Shown here piece by piece: positions 7,689 to 17,645 of a stretch of 38,835 nucleotides of DNA. The stretch lies in the IMG/VR virus record IMGVR_UViG_2734482565_000006; one strand, 5' to 3'. Within the stretch, counting starts at the first letter, position 1, and the number at the start of each line of letters is the position of its first letter. Under the pieces are notes generated by a model. It worked only from the letters and a program-made list of their open reading frames with translations. It was not told the origin of the DNA and searched no databases. Made by a program: the position numbers and the translations under genes. The stretch comes from a virus. Taxonomy: Duplodnaviria; Heunggongvirae; Uroviricota; Caudoviricetes.

Positions 7689-8761
7689 GTGATTTCTCCT
7701 ACCGTCAGCAGCTCACTGTCTCCCGCCTGAACTGACGTCAGCGGACTGCGCACTTCAAAATCCTCCAGATTTTTCACCCCTGCCACCGCCCGCCAGAAAG
7801 ACGACGGCAGAACCAGACCGCCGGGCCGGGATTCGTTATACAACAGGTCGGTCAGCGCCTGTTTTACGGCCGCCTGATTCTCCGGTGTTTTCGGGATGAT
7901 CCTGATGCTGAAGGGCACCGGCTTATTGGTCAGTTTAAACACGGTCACCGTCGGCCCCAGAGGCTGTCCGACAGGCTGGCCGGTCGCCGGATCATCATGA
8001 CTGCGGATATAATCCGCCACCCGCTGAACATCACCGTCACCGGGGAAAATATCCGGGTTATTATCCTGAACAAACGTTACCCCCACGCTGCCCGCCTGCG
8101 GCCATTCCGGGCGGCACCATGCCCGCGTCACGCCCGGCACTTCACGCGCCCAGCGTTCAAAATCATACTGCGTGCCGCCGGACGGTGGATTCTGCACCCG
8201 GAAAACCAGACGGGAAAGCAGCTCCGGCACGGTTTCCACATCCGCACCACCGGTGATCCCCGTTCCGGTCACCGTGGCCGTCTGGTTGATCCCCGCCTGC
8301 GGTGTGATAAATGTCAGTTTTGTCCCTGCCGGGGCATTCCCCGCACGACCGGCACTTTCGGCTTCCACACTGACATTCAGCGTACCGGCCTTACCGGTCA
8401 GGGAGGTGGTGATACGGTAAACCACGCCATCACTTCGCTGGAGAAGCACACCTTCCTTGATCCCCGCATCCGTGGTCAGCATCAGCTGAACCGGCCCGTC
8501 CCCCCGAGAGGCAGGCTTACGCATGACGCCCCAGAATGCACAGTGTTTCAGCAGTTCGGCTTCATCGGCTTCGGTCGGGATGATCTGACGCGCAATCCAG
8601 GCCAGATGCTCATGCTCCTGAGCAGATAACCCTGCCTGAGCGTAAGCAATGGCATTCAGGGTGGTTTCATTCACACCCGGCTGCGAGCCGGGCAGGCGCT
8701 GGCTGATATCCTGCTGTGTCTGCGTGATTAACTGTGCCAGCGGTAAAGGCTGATAAGGCAT
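7679..8761 (-). CDS. baseplate J-like protein (Mu gp47-like)
   Basis: 360 aa; position and size typical of the baseplate wedge J family in Mu/P2-type tails. Confidence 0.75.
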   Translation of the reverse strand: MPYQPLPLAQLITQTQQDISQRLPGSQPGVNETTLNAIAYAQAGLSAQEHEHLAWIARQIIPTEADEAELLKHCAFWGVMRKPASRGDGPVQLMLTTDAGIKEGVLLQRSDGVVYRITTSLTGKAGTLNVSVEAESAGRAGNAPAGTKLTFITPQAGINQTATVTGTGITGGADVETVPELLSRLVFRVQNPPSGGTQYDFERWAREVPGVTRAWCRPEWPQAGSVGVTFVQDNNPDIFPGDGDVQRVADYIRSHDDPATGQPVGQPLGPTVTVFKLTNKPVPFSIRIIPKTPENQAAVKQALTDLLYNESRPGGLVLPSSFWRAVAGVKNLEDFEVRSPLTSVQAGDSELLTVGEITWL

Positions 8762-9198
8762 TACTCCCCCTTAAGATCAGCATAAAAAATCATGGGCCTC
8801 ACTGAACCATCAGGCAGGGTTATGCGCACCGAAAGCGCCAGCCGCGCGTGTCCCACACGTTCTGCATGACAGACCACGGATGACGCCACGCCATCCTGAC
8901 TGAGCCAGCCCAGCGCCTCATCCGCGTAAGCACGGGCACGGCTTATCACCGAGGCCAGCGTTTTTTCCCGGCTGAGAAGCCACAGACGGGAGCCAATGGG
9001 GCGCGGGCGAAAACTGTCTCCCCACCATCCCCGGCGGTCGCGCGTACCGTCAGGGATTTCATCCGATGCCAGCGCCCGGCGGTCAGTAAACAGCGAAATC
9101 AGAACGGCCGTCAGCAGACTGTCATCCGTCAGCAAGTCGGCACCGTTCAGTTGCAGCGAACCGCACCCCTGATCCCATACAATTGCAATATCAGCCAT
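8761..9198 (-). CDS. baseplate protein (Mu gp46 / W-like)
   Basis: Start taken at the internal ATG (MADIAIVWDQG...), giving an 8-bp ATGGCTGA-type overlap with the upstream gene; the longer ORF to 9342 would overlap gp45 by about 150 bp. Confidence 0.6.
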   Translation of the reverse strand: MADIAIVWDQGCGSLQLNGADLLTDDSLLTAVLISLFTDRRALASDEIPDGTRDRRGWWGDSFRPRPIGSRLWLLSREKTLASVISRARAYADEALGWLSQDGVASSVVCHAERVGHARLALSVRITLPDGSVRPMIFYADLKGE

Positions 9199-9805
9199 TC
9201 TCCGGCGCTCCTGTCTTACTGCCTTTGCCGTTATCCTGATGCACATGGCCGGAATAGGTGATCCCGGCAATAACGGCATCAGACATCGTGAACAGCCCGT
9301 CTGATTTACCTGTACCATCAAGCACGAAATTACCCTTAACATGCAGGTTTTTATCCACCGTCACATTGCCCGTAAAGGTGGCCTCCGGCGTATCCACCCG
9401 CATCCCCTCATCGGCGTAAATCTCCAGCATTTTGCATGTCACAATAATGCGACCATCCTTTGTTAACCGTATCCGGTGCCCCTCATGGTGATACACCCCC
9501 GTATCTCCGGCTGTGAGTCCGGTCGGGCGGCTGCGCCGGTCTTCCACCACAAGCACCACAGTCTGATCCCGCTGTCCGCCCAGACAGGCAAAAAAGGTTT
9601 CCGCACCCGGCAGGGGAACGCTGATCTGCCCGTACTGCTGGGGACGCTCCACATCATCAAAGGTTTCGCCGTCCATGCCGGTGAGCTGCACATTCTGCAT
9701 TTTCAGTTCGTCATGTGTGCCGGTCAGAACGCCCCGGCCAAACAACAGGCGAATACCGCGCGTTACCGGGGCAATCAGGCGGCTGAACACTTCATCATTC
9801 ATCAA
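9191..9805 (-). CDS. baseplate assembly protein V / spike (Mu gp45-like)
   Basis: 204 aa; gpV-like size and position between the gp44 and gp46 homologues. Confidence 0.7.
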   Translation of the reverse strand: MMNDEVFSRLIAPVTRGIRLLFGRGVLTGTHDELKMQNVQLTGMDGETFDDVERPQQYGQISVPLPGAETFFACLGGQRDQTVVLVVEDRRSRPTGLTAGDTGVYHHEGHRIRLTKDGRIIVTCKMLEIYADEGMRVDTPEATFTGNVTVDKNLHVKGNFVLDGTGKSDGLFTMSDAVIAGITYSGHVHQDNGKGSKTGAPENG

Positions 9806-10919
9806 AGCTGATCCCCTGTTTTTTCATCTGCTGGCGAATAAAGGCATCAACATCGTCACCGGAACCACCCCGGCCCTTACTGTCCGGCTCTGCCGGAACG
9901 ATAAAGCCGTCACGCGGTGCCAGTACCAGCCGGGTGACTTCCCCGTTATGTTCATCAAGTAAAAACTCCACCTGACAGACCAGCAGTTCAGTCTGTTCTA
10001 TACCGAAACGCAGGGCTGAAACACCGGTCAGCAGATTGACATCCCATAACCGGCCATCATCCCGGAACCAGCCACGCACGGTGGCAGAAAACCGTTCTGA
10101 ACGGGCAATCGCACGGCGCATTTCACGCAGGGCACGCTGCCGTGCACCGGTGGTGTCTGTCTGTTGATCGGCGAGGATGATTTTCGACCGGTAGCGGCCG
10201 ATCTGCTCATCACTGATGACGCCCACAGGTGCTGCCAGACGGGCGGCGGATTCGCTGTCTCCCCGTTTGCCACCACCGCGCCCGTGTCCCCGGACACGGT
10301 ATTCGCTGTATCGTCCTCGCCAGTCCGTGTTGTAATCGGCATCAAGCAGGTTATCTCCCAGCACCAGTCTGTCCGTCTGCTGGCTTCCTGCCTGGGTGAA
10401 CACCAGATCGCCGTCAGCATTACTGGTCACCAGCACCCCGCGATGCCGGGCAGCACGGGTCAGCGCATCCGCCACGGTTTCTGAGTTTTCCAGCGTAAAA
10501 GAGCTGAAGGGGCGTGCAGCCGTGTCGTCGTTAACCTGCCAGCGCACGGCTATCCCGAAGGGCGCACATAAATCTGCGGCAATCTGTGCCAGCGTCCGGT
10601 TGCGCCACTGGCTGCCGGGATGGATGGCGGCACAGTCCACCAGGTCGCCGGTTTTATCCCGACCGCTGATGCTGATCTGATGACGGGTTGCACTGATCCG
10701 CTGACTGACCTGATCCAGCCAGCCACTGATGACCGTCTGCCCGTTAATTCTGAGCGTCAGGGACTGACCGGTTCGCAGGGCTGAGGGGATGCGCTCACCG
10801 GGCAGCATCAGCCCCAGTTCAAACGACCCGGCCAGATGCTCCAGCGAGCGACGGACGCTGACCGTCAGCCAGCCGGAAAAAATACTGCCACCGATATACA
10901 GTTCAATCCTGCTGCTCAC
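9795..10919 (-). CDS. tail/baseplate hub protein (Mu gp44 / Q, P2 gpD-like)
   Basis: 374 aa; follows the DNA circularisation gene and overlaps its neighbours, as in Mu. Confidence 0.7.
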   Translation of the reverse strand: MSSRIELYIGGSIFSGWLTVSVRRSLEHLAGSFELGLMLPGERIPSALRTGQSLTLRINGQTVISGWLDQVSQRISATRHQISISGRDKTGDLVDCAAIHPGSQWRNRTLAQIAADLCAPFGIAVRWQVNDDTAARPFSSFTLENSETVADALTRAARHRGVLVTSNADGDLVFTQAGSQQTDRLVLGDNLLDADYNTDWRGRYSEYRVRGHGRGGGKRGDSESAARLAAPVGVISDEQIGRYRSKIILADQQTDTTGARQRALREMRRAIARSERFSATVRGWFRDDGRLWDVNLLTGVSALRFGIEQTELLVCQVEFLLDEHNGEVTRLVLAPRDGFIVPAEPDSKGRGGSGDDVDAFIRQQMKKQGISFDE

Positions 10920-12261
10920 TGATCACCTCCACGCTGCGGCCACCCGGAACAAAAACCGGATCGGGGATATTGTTTCTGCGGACAAAATACTGCCAGCGAC
11001 TGCTGTTGCCGGTGGCACGGTACAGCGTGACCAGTGCCGGTTCGGTGGTGCGAACCATGACCTGAAAAGCACCGGGAAGATGCACGCTCCGTGTGGTTAA
11101 ATCTTCTGTCAGCGCAAGCCCTGCATCACGTAATGCAAGGGCAGTCCCGGTATAGCCCTGTGCGGACAGATCCAGCACCTGTTGTTCCATGGCATCGCTC
11201 AAATCCCGGTTGATACGCTGCACATCAGCAGAACTTTCCAGCCAGGCCAGTCCGCCCGAACGGTCAGTATCCTGAACGTGCGTCGTATTCTGCCGGATGA
11301 CCTGATCCAGCAGTTTTCCGAGCGTCTGTGCCTGCGACACCAGGGTTGCACTCTGCATCACGCTCCGCAGCAGACGGATATTTTTCTGTGCCGCAGGCGT
11401 CAGGCCAATCAGGCGCTGTGGATCATCCTGTTCGCTGAGGGTGTAACGCAGGGAGGAAAGTGTGCGGTACAGCTGCGGCATGGCCTGCTCTGCCATGCTG
11501 TCACGGTTTGTGGTCAGGCTGCCGGACGGCGTTCCGGCTTTTCCGGTCAGAGACAGGGAAGGATCGCCGGGCAGCCCGGTCAGCACGGCAAACATTCCGG
11601 CCAGCGATTCAGCCATGCGACGGGGCGCATTAATCAGGGCGGCGGCATTGCCTTTCAGGGCAGTAAAACTGGCCGTAAAGGCACTGATATCCTGCACAAT
11701 CCCCATCCCCGAAACGGCATTCTCCAGTGCATCAATCTTATCGCTGATGGTGTCGGTCATGGCCTGTACATCATGCAGACCGTCTGAAATCACCGTCCAG
11801 CCGTCTGAAAGCGTGTTAAACAGCTGATTCATTGCTGAGCCGCTTTTCTGCTCCAGCGCAGCTGCCGTATCTTCTGCCACCGCAGGGGCGGTATCGTCAC
11901 TGGCGGGGATCACGTTGATCGTGAACTCAACCGTTCCCTGCTCGCTGGCGTTATAACGGCTTTCAAAGCTGTTTATCAGCACGTTTAACGTGCCGTAATC
12001 CGGGTGCATCAGTTCACCGGCACCGGGTGCACGCAGCGCATCACGCAGGCGGCTTCGCTGTGTCTGAAGATCGTCTCCGGTCACCAGAACCGTGAATGTG
12101 AACTCCGGGAGTTTTGGCCCCAGATCATCCGCACCGCCGCTTTCACGCAGTGGGTATTCACGGCGCACAATGTTACGTCCGCCCCGTTCCCGCTGCTCCT
12201 GATAAACCAGGAACGGTACGCCACGAAAGGAGCCACGCCCCGGCGTGTCAGTAGAGGCCAT
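10903..12261 (-). CDS. DNA circularisation protein (Mu gp43 / P-like)
   Basis: 452 aa, immediately downstream of the tape measure gene; Ala/Leu-rich helical protein. Confidence 0.7.
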   Translation of the reverse strand: MASTDTPGRGSFRGVPFLVYQEQRERGGRNIVRREYPLRESGGADDLGPKLPEFTFTVLVTGDDLQTQRSRLRDALRAPGAGELMHPDYGTLNVLINSFESRYNASEQGTVEFTINVIPASDDTAPAVAEDTAAALEQKSGSAMNQLFNTLSDGWTVISDGLHDVQAMTDTISDKIDALENAVSGMGIVQDISAFTASFTALKGNAAALINAPRRMAESLAGMFAVLTGLPGDPSLSLTGKAGTPSGSLTTNRDSMAEQAMPQLYRTLSSLRYTLSEQDDPQRLIGLTPAAQKNIRLLRSVMQSATLVSQAQTLGKLLDQVIRQNTTHVQDTDRSGGLAWLESSADVQRINRDLSDAMEQQVLDLSAQGYTGTALALRDAGLALTEDLTTRSVHLPGAFQVMVRTTEPALVTLYRATGNSSRWQYFVRRNNIPDPVFVPGGRSVEVISEQQD

Positions 12262-14305
12262 AGTTCCCTCCGTTCCAGACGTTCACATCCAGGCCATGCT
12301 GTGCGGTATCATCCACATCAATACTGCGCGCCCGCCAGCCTTCAGGGGCAACAAGCTCCACCCGTGCGGCGGTTTTCGCGGTGGCCTGTCCGCCGTTTTC
12401 GTCACTGCCGCCACGCAGTTTCTGCCAGGCCTGCGTCAGCCAGCCCCCCAGATAATCACCGAGATAGCTGCCCACCGTGGAACCAATGGCAACCCCGACC
12501 GGACCGGCAGCCGCCCCCAGCGCGCCACCGGCGATACTTCCGGCAAGGGAACCCACGGCACCGGCTTTATCGGCTGCACTGGCGCTGCTGTCCAGCAGTA
12601 CAGGAGCCGCCATGGCACCGGCCCACAGGGCACCACCACCCAGCCGACCGGCACCACGGAACAGCCCGGCAAAACGCCCCAGCCCCATGCGGTTTCCGGC
12701 CGCCGTTAGCAGACCACCGGCACGGCTCATCATACGACCGAAGAAGCCCTGTTTACCGGCACTCTCCGCCAGTTGCTCACCGGCAGTCACGACGGTCGTG
12801 ACACCCCGTCCACGTCCGGGGCCGCGTTTTTTACGGCCGCGCACGGTTTTGCCGTCACCGCTGACCACCACATCCCCGCCACCTGAGGCCAGGCCACCCG
12901 CAGGCCAATTGGTGACCAGCACGGGCTGAACGGCAGCCGGATTTACCCCGGTAAGGAAATTCAGGAACCGGCCAGCGCGTCCGGGCTGCGTTCCCGGTAC
13001 AGTGGTCTGCGGTTTGCGGAAGGGCGACGTCAGCACGGAGGTCATCGCCATGCCATAGCGTAAGGGGGTTGCGCCGAGACGTAATGCCCCCGTCCCCGCA
13101 AACCTGAGCACCTTCAGCGCACGGGAGGCGAGATACATATACATCAGGTACTTTGCGGCGGTCTGCGCACCCTGACCAATGCGATCCAGCGCATCGCCAT
13201 AACCGGCGTCGCGCAGTGCCTGAAGCGTTTCCCTGACTTTCTGAATGACCCGGTAAAAGCCGGTCGCAGCGTCTCTGGCATACTCAAATCCCTGATTCAG
13301 GGCTGAGGCCGTCTGTGTGGCCAGCTTATCCTGTAAGCCGCTTTTCTGTGCCGCATCAGCATAATCCAGAAAGCCTTTCAGGCTCTTTTTCAGGCTGTCA
13401 AACGGTCCCTTTGCCATCACCTCGCGGGCAAATCCGTCCCAGACATCGCCCATCATGGACGTCATTCCCGTCCAGGAATTCATGGCGTTTTTCTGGGCAC
13501 CTTTTGCCTGTTCGGCCATCACCTGAAATAACAGGCGAATGCTGTCCGGTCCCAGTTTTCCTTTCTCGCCTTTCTCACGGATGATCTTCTGGTTTACACC
13601 CAGCTTATCGGCCAGCAACTGGTAAACGTTAATCCCGTATCCGGTCAGAATATTGGCGTCCGCTGCCTGGATACTCTGGCGGGCAAACATCTGTTTGAGT
13701 TGCAGGGACGCACCCTGTGCATCTGACAGTGACCAGCCGTGATAGCCGCCCTGATCCTGAAGCATGGTAATAAAGCGACGGGCTTCCCTGTCACTCATAC
13801 CGAACCCGCGACTGGAGGCGTATTCCTGCATAACCCCCGCCAGCCCCCAGGTGGTGTCTTTGGCGTTCTGTACCGCCCAGGCTTTCACTGCTTCCGTTTT
13901 TGCCGTATCGCCATGATTAATGGCGTTGAGACGCAGAATATAGTTCTCCATCTCTGCGGCCGGGCGGATAAAGGCTTTATTAAACCCGTAGACCGCAGCC
14001 CCTCCCGCCAGCATCCCGTAAAGGTTGCTTATCCGCCCGATGGTGCCGGTAATGCTGCCCTGAAGGCGGTCAAAATCTGACGTCACCGTGCGGATACTGC
14101 CACGAACACCGGCAAGCGTTCGCTGCATACGGGAGCCGACAAGTTCTGTCTCCTGACCGGCACGACGTGCTGCATTTCCAAGACCACCCAGCCCCGTCCT
14201 GCCGGAACGGGAGAATGCCCCCAGCTCCTGTGACCACTGGCGGGATTTGGCAGAAATATTGCCGAGTAAATCGACAATCAGGGAGGCTTTCAGGTTTTTT
14301 GCCAT
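12248..14305 (-). CDS. tail tape measure protein
   Basis: 685 aa; extended Gly/Ala-rich C-terminal region and helical N-terminal part; positioned after the tail tube and chaperone genes. Confidence 0.85.
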   Translation of the reverse strand: MAKNLKASLIVDLLGNISAKSRQWSQELGAFSRSGRTGLGGLGNAARRAGQETELVGSRMQRTLAGVRGSIRTVTSDFDRLQGSITGTIGRISNLYGMLAGGAAVYGFNKAFIRPAAEMENYILRLNAINHGDTAKTEAVKAWAVQNAKDTTWGLAGVMQEYASSRGFGMSDREARRFITMLQDQGGYHGWSLSDAQGASLQLKQMFARQSIQAADANILTGYGINVYQLLADKLGVNQKIIREKGEKGKLGPDSIRLLFQVMAEQAKGAQKNAMNSWTGMTSMMGDVWDGFAREVMAKGPFDSLKKSLKGFLDYADAAQKSGLQDKLATQTASALNQGFEYARDAATGFYRVIQKVRETLQALRDAGYGDALDRIGQGAQTAAKYLMYMYLASRALKVLRFAGTGALRLGATPLRYGMAMTSVLTSPFRKPQTTVPGTQPGRAGRFLNFLTGVNPAAVQPVLVTNWPAGGLASGGGDVVVSGDGKTVRGRKKRGPGRGRGVTTVVTAGEQLAESAGKQGFFGRMMSRAGGLLTAAGNRMGLGRFAGLFRGAGRLGGGALWAGAMAAPVLLDSSASAADKAGAVGSLAGSIAGGALGAAAGPVGVAIGSTVGSYLGDYLGGWLTQAWQKLRGGSDENGGQATAKTAARVELVAPEGWRARSIDVDDTAQHGLDVNVWNGGNYGLY

Positions 14306-14308
14306 GGG

Positions 14309-14509
14309 TTACTGCTTCGTTCTGAGAATTTTTTCGGTCTGTCGGCAGTGCCGGTAAAGCTGCGATAAGGGGAGGTTAAGCGCCCACTCCGGGCCGCTTT
14401 TTGTCACCATCCCCAGCACAATTGCGGCTTCTTCAATCTGATCCCGGCACTGCATCTGGTCGCCCCCGTTCAGCGACCAGCTTTCCGGCCATCGCGGAAT
14501 CAAGCAGGC
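14309..14509 (-). CDS. open frame filling the gap between tail chaperone and tape measure (possible +1 recoding extension or independent small ORF)
   Basis: A 66-codon open window in the +1 frame relative to gp41 begins right after a UAA at 14510..14512, overlaps the last 25 codons of gp41 and ends 4 nt before the tape measure ATG. An internal ATG at 14455 has GGGGG upstream. Confidence 0.3.
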   Translation of the reverse strand, partial: ACLIPRWPESWSLNGGDQMQCRDQIEEAAIVLGMVTKSGPEWALNLPLSQLYRHCRQTEKILRTKQ

Positions 14510-14909
14510 TTACTGCCGCCATCAGTCGGGAGAGATCGCGCTCGCTGAGCTGTCCTATCTGACGCGGAGACAATGGCCCCTCAATCTGGCCGACAGCGGC
14601 AATCTGACGGCGCAGCAGCGCAATGCCGCGCAGTGCCGGTGAGGCCACAAGAACCGGACCGTTTCGGGTTTCCATAAGACGCTCGGCCTCGCTCTCCGCA
14701 TCAATGCTGTCTTTTGCCGTCAGTTCGCGGAAGGTGACGCGGTATTCACGGGATTCCCCGAACGGCAGACCGTCGAGCAGATCCACATAGCCGTTCGCCA
14801 GTTGTTCAGCCAGCCCGGCGGTGCGGGGATCGCCGTCTTCAAGTGCATCCCGGATAGCCTCCATCACGGCCTCGTCAGAAACCGCCGTTTTTTTCTTACG
14901 TGTGCTCAT
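14433..14909 (-). CDS. tail assembly chaperone-like protein (Mu gp41-like)
   Basis: 158 aa, acidic, located between the tail tube and tape measure genes. Confidence 0.6.
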   Translation of the reverse strand: MSTRKKKTAVSDEAVMEAIRDALEDGDPRTAGLAEQLANGYVDLLDGLPFGESREYRVTFRELTAKDSIDAESEAERLMETRNGPVLVASPALRGIALLRRQIAAVGQIEGPLSPRQIGQLSERDLSRLMAAVSLLDSAMAGKLVAERGRPDAVPGSD

Positions 14910-14923
14910 TACATTTTTCCTGA

Positions 14924-15289
14924 TTACTGGACACGGGTACTGGTGGCGCTGGCGAACTTCGCGGAGATATCACCACCACCGTCAAGCGAGGCCGGTTCAC
15001 TGCTCCAGGCCTTCGTCATCATGTGGACTTCACCGGTATCGGCCACGAACTCAATCGTGACCGCAGTCCAGGTGTTGATTTCATCGGCAGCCGGTGAACC
15101 TTCTCCGCCCGCCGGGAATTTACAGTCCAGCGTCGCCTCACGGGGTTTCTCGCGATAGCCGTAAACTTTCGCGCCTTTCACCACTTCACGCTCAAAGCCG
15201 GACGGGGAGAACGTGGCCCCCTCAAGGGTGTCGTACTCCTGCCCGTTCACACGGATGGTGGCCGTGCCCTGATACTGTTTTCCGCTCAT
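14924..15289 (-). CDS. tail tube protein (Mu M-like)
   Basis: 121 aa, immediately downstream of the sheath gene. Confidence 0.8.
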   Translation of the reverse strand: MSGKQYQGTATIRVNGQEYDTLEGATFSPSGFEREVVKGAKVYGYREKPREATLDCKFPAGGEGSPAADEINTWTAVTIEFVADTGEVHMMTKAWSSEPASLDGGGDISAKFASATSTRVQ

Positions 15290-15297
15290 GCCTTACC

Positions 15298-16800
15298 TCA
15301 CAAAATGAAACGGATCTGCGCGGCCATGAAGCGGAACTGGTTAACCAGATCCGGTGTACACATCACATCCAGACGGTTACGGTCTTTTGTGTTGCGCTCC
15401 ACGAGCAGATTCTTTTTAAAGGTGTCCAGATTTTCGACCAGTCCCAGATCCACCCATTCTTCCCCCAGCGAAATTAACTGAAGTTTCATGATCTCCGGTG
15501 TCACGATATTCTGACCGGCACGAACGGGCGTCCCGTCATCAGCCAGTTTATGGCGCGGAAAACGCTGCGTGATAAAGGTGCGCAGGGAATAACGCAGATA
15601 TGACAGGGTGTAGATGGTTTCCACATCCAGATAGCTGGGATCGATTTCGCCGTATGCATTCTGACGGTACATCGTCACCTGACGTTCAATCTGCACCACA
15701 TCCGCGGCCGCGACGGTCACCGTGGACATGCCGGTATAAAGCAGGCTGTTTCGCTCTTCCCGCGTCAGACGATCCGGTGCTTCAGGTGCCATACGGGCAG
15801 GCAGCGCCAGTGTCTGTAATGGTCGGGCCGGATCCGTTGACAGGGAGGGCGCACAGACCGCACAAATGGAGGCAGCCCAGACATAATCCGGCTCTGGTGC
15901 TTTAGGAATAGAAGTGCAGGTAAACAGGAAGTCATTACGGGATTCACCAAAACTGGTTGCCGTACCGAAGGTGCCGGTATGCGCCATCCAGACCATACCG
16001 TCCGACATTTTTACCGGTCCCCAGCGTTTCAGCAGTTCATCCGCCAGAATTTTGAGATTTGCCGCATCCTTATAGGGCATGACGATGTAGTTGTACTGAC
16101 GATTCCCCATCCCTGAGACGCTACGGGTGATATCGGGGTTTGTTGCCTTCTGTGTTGGCGCGACGAGCTCCAGCGTAAGACCGGCCGGTGTAGTTTCACC
16201 GTCATAATAGTTCACCCGTAAATCATGAGCTGAGCATTCACCGATAAAGCGGGCGTTAACCCCCATGCTGCCTTTAAGTCCTTCAGCATTATCACCACTG
16301 ACTTCAGCTGCGATAGCAGTGAATGGCGCATCAGTGTCAGCGTTAATGACCTTAGCCAGCTCTTCCACAAGCTCTTTACCTTTTTTCCCCTTACTGACGG
16401 GCAGGAGGTAACGGCGACCGCCGATGTAAACACTTAACACCCCGTCTGCCAATGCTGTTCCAATGATATTCATCACGCATGCCCTGGACTGACCTGTTCC
16501 AGCCCCCTGTGCAATGGCATATAACTCTGTGTCAGGGTTAATGGCGATAAATTCCTCTACCATCAGTGCAATCATGGAACCTCGCCCCCAGAGTTCTCTT
16601 GCTTGTGAAGCTCGGGTAATACGTACTGGTACATCAAGCTGACCGCGCCCCTGAATGGTAGTGTCTTTCATTGCAGCCTGACCAAACAACAGTACCGCCT
16701 GACGCTGTGGTGGAGTGCCGGTCACGGCCATTGAATTATTGATTTCAATCTGTACCAGCGGAATGCGATTGTTATCGCCGATATAATCAAAGTTAATCAT
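15298..16800 (-). CDS. contractile tail sheath protein (Mu L-like)
   Basis: 500 aa; ATGA start/stop overlap with the upstream gene; size and position of the sheath. Confidence 0.85.
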   Translation of the reverse strand: MINFDYIGDNNRIPLVQIEINNSMAVTGTPPQRQAVLLFGQAAMKDTTIQGRGQLDVPVRITRASQARELWGRGSMIALMVEEFIAINPDTELYAIAQGAGTGQSRACVMNIIGTALADGVLSVYIGGRRYLLPVSKGKKGKELVEELAKVINADTDAPFTAIAAEVSGDNAEGLKGSMGVNARFIGECSAHDLRVNYYDGETTPAGLTLELVAPTQKATNPDITRSVSGMGNRQYNYIVMPYKDAANLKILADELLKRWGPVKMSDGMVWMAHTGTFGTATSFGESRNDFLFTCTSIPKAPEPDYVWAASICAVCAPSLSTDPARPLQTLALPARMAPEAPDRLTREERNSLLYTGMSTVTVAAADVVQIERQVTMYRQNAYGEIDPSYLDVETIYTLSYLRYSLRTFITQRFPRHKLADDGTPVRAGQNIVTPEIMKLQLISLGEEWVDLGLVENLDTFKKNLLVERNTKDRNRLDVMCTPDLVNQFRFMAAQIRFIL

Positions 16801-17078
16801 CAGGACGTCCCCTTATCTGATGCTGCGGTTTTTTCAGCCACCGCCGCAGTTTTTTCTGCTACCGCTCCCGCTGGTTTTGCCGCCGCGCCGGTATTAGCAG
16901 TTGTGGCAGCCGGGGCAGGCTCCGCCGTTTTATCCACCACAATGACGTCGCCATCATTAAGACGGCGGCACCAGAACGGAGTGAAGGGTTTCTCTTCCCC
17001 GTCCTGAGAGAGCGGAGTCATCGTGTCGGGATCGCGGATCAGGCATCCCGGCGCAGGTTTAATAAAAATGGTTGTCAT
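16800..17078 (-). CDS. small Ala-rich protein (Mu gp38-like)
   Basis: 92 aa with a tandem AAVAEKTAA peptide repeat; position between the K-like and sheath genes. Confidence 0.55.
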   Translation of the reverse strand: MTTIFIKPAPGCLIRDPDTMTPLSQDGEEKPFTPFWCRRLNDGDVIVVDKTAEPAPAATTANTGAAAKPAGAVAEKTAAVAEKTAASDKGTS

Positions 17079-17081
17079 CTG

Positions 17082-17645
17082 TTATTCCTCTGACAGTCCG
17101 GCGTTTTCACCGGCGGCAGTTGCACCAGGCAGACGGATGTGTGCCTTAAATTCCGGCGTGCCTTCCGGTTCGGTAAAGGTTTCGTAATGGCGCAGGAAAT
17201 CATCCAGCGAGCTGATATCCGTCAGCGGGTCGATCATTTCCTCGCATGAGAAATACAGGGCGTACATCACGGCACCGCTGCCTGCCTGCGTTTCGGTGTA
17301 ACCGTTGACCGCCTTTTCAAAGTAAAGCGGTGAGGTTTTTTCTGCTCTGAAGCCGTCCAGCACGGTAATCAGGCGGGCCACAATCTGATAAAGCCCGGGA
17401 CGGCTGACCTCACGGCCATTGAGCATGTCGCCGATGACGTAGAACACCCAGTGACTGACCAGACGCCCACGGGTACGCCCTTCACCGGCACCCAGCCAGG
17501 CAACATAGATAGCCGGGGCGTTAATCAGCATGGTGCGCAGTACGCTGTCGCTCCAGTCGCCGGGATGTGTGTCAACAGACACCAGTTCATTCCCGAAATA
17601 CTCACGGATACGGGCGATGTACGCCTGCTCGGTTTCCGTAATCAT
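17082..17645 (-). CDS. head-tail joining / tail completion protein (Mu gp37 / K-like)
   Basis: 187 aa; called from conserved position in the Mu late operon. Confidence 0.6.
   Translation of the reverse strand: MITETEQAYIARIREYFGNELVSVDTHPGDWSDSVLRTMLINAPAIYVAWLGAGEGRTRGRLVSHWVFYVIGDMLNGREVSRPGLYQIVARLITVLDGFRAEKTSPLYFEKAVNGYTETQAGSGAVMYALYFSCEEMIDPLTDISSLDDFLRHYETFTEPEGTPEFKAHIRLPGATAAGENAGLSEE

Noticed and set aside
12004-12929. Long plus-strand ORFs (265 aa and 150 aa) antisense to the tape measure gene
   Set aside because: Pro/Arg/Ala-rich translations typical of the antisense frame of a GC-rich gene; no SD; fully overlapped by a well-supported minus-strand gene.
14433-14512. Canonical -1 programmed frameshift at the tail chaperone 3' end
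   Set aside because: The -1 frame hits a UGA stop within three codons of the overlap (around 14502..14500); only the +1 frame is open, so a standard -1 slippery-site model does not fit.
16815-16875. Imperfect tandem DNA repeat considered as a possible regulatory repeat or array
   Set aside because: It lies inside the gp38-like coding sequence and encodes a repeated AAVAEKTAA peptide; there is no spacer/repeat architecture and no CRISPR-like structure anywhere in the window.
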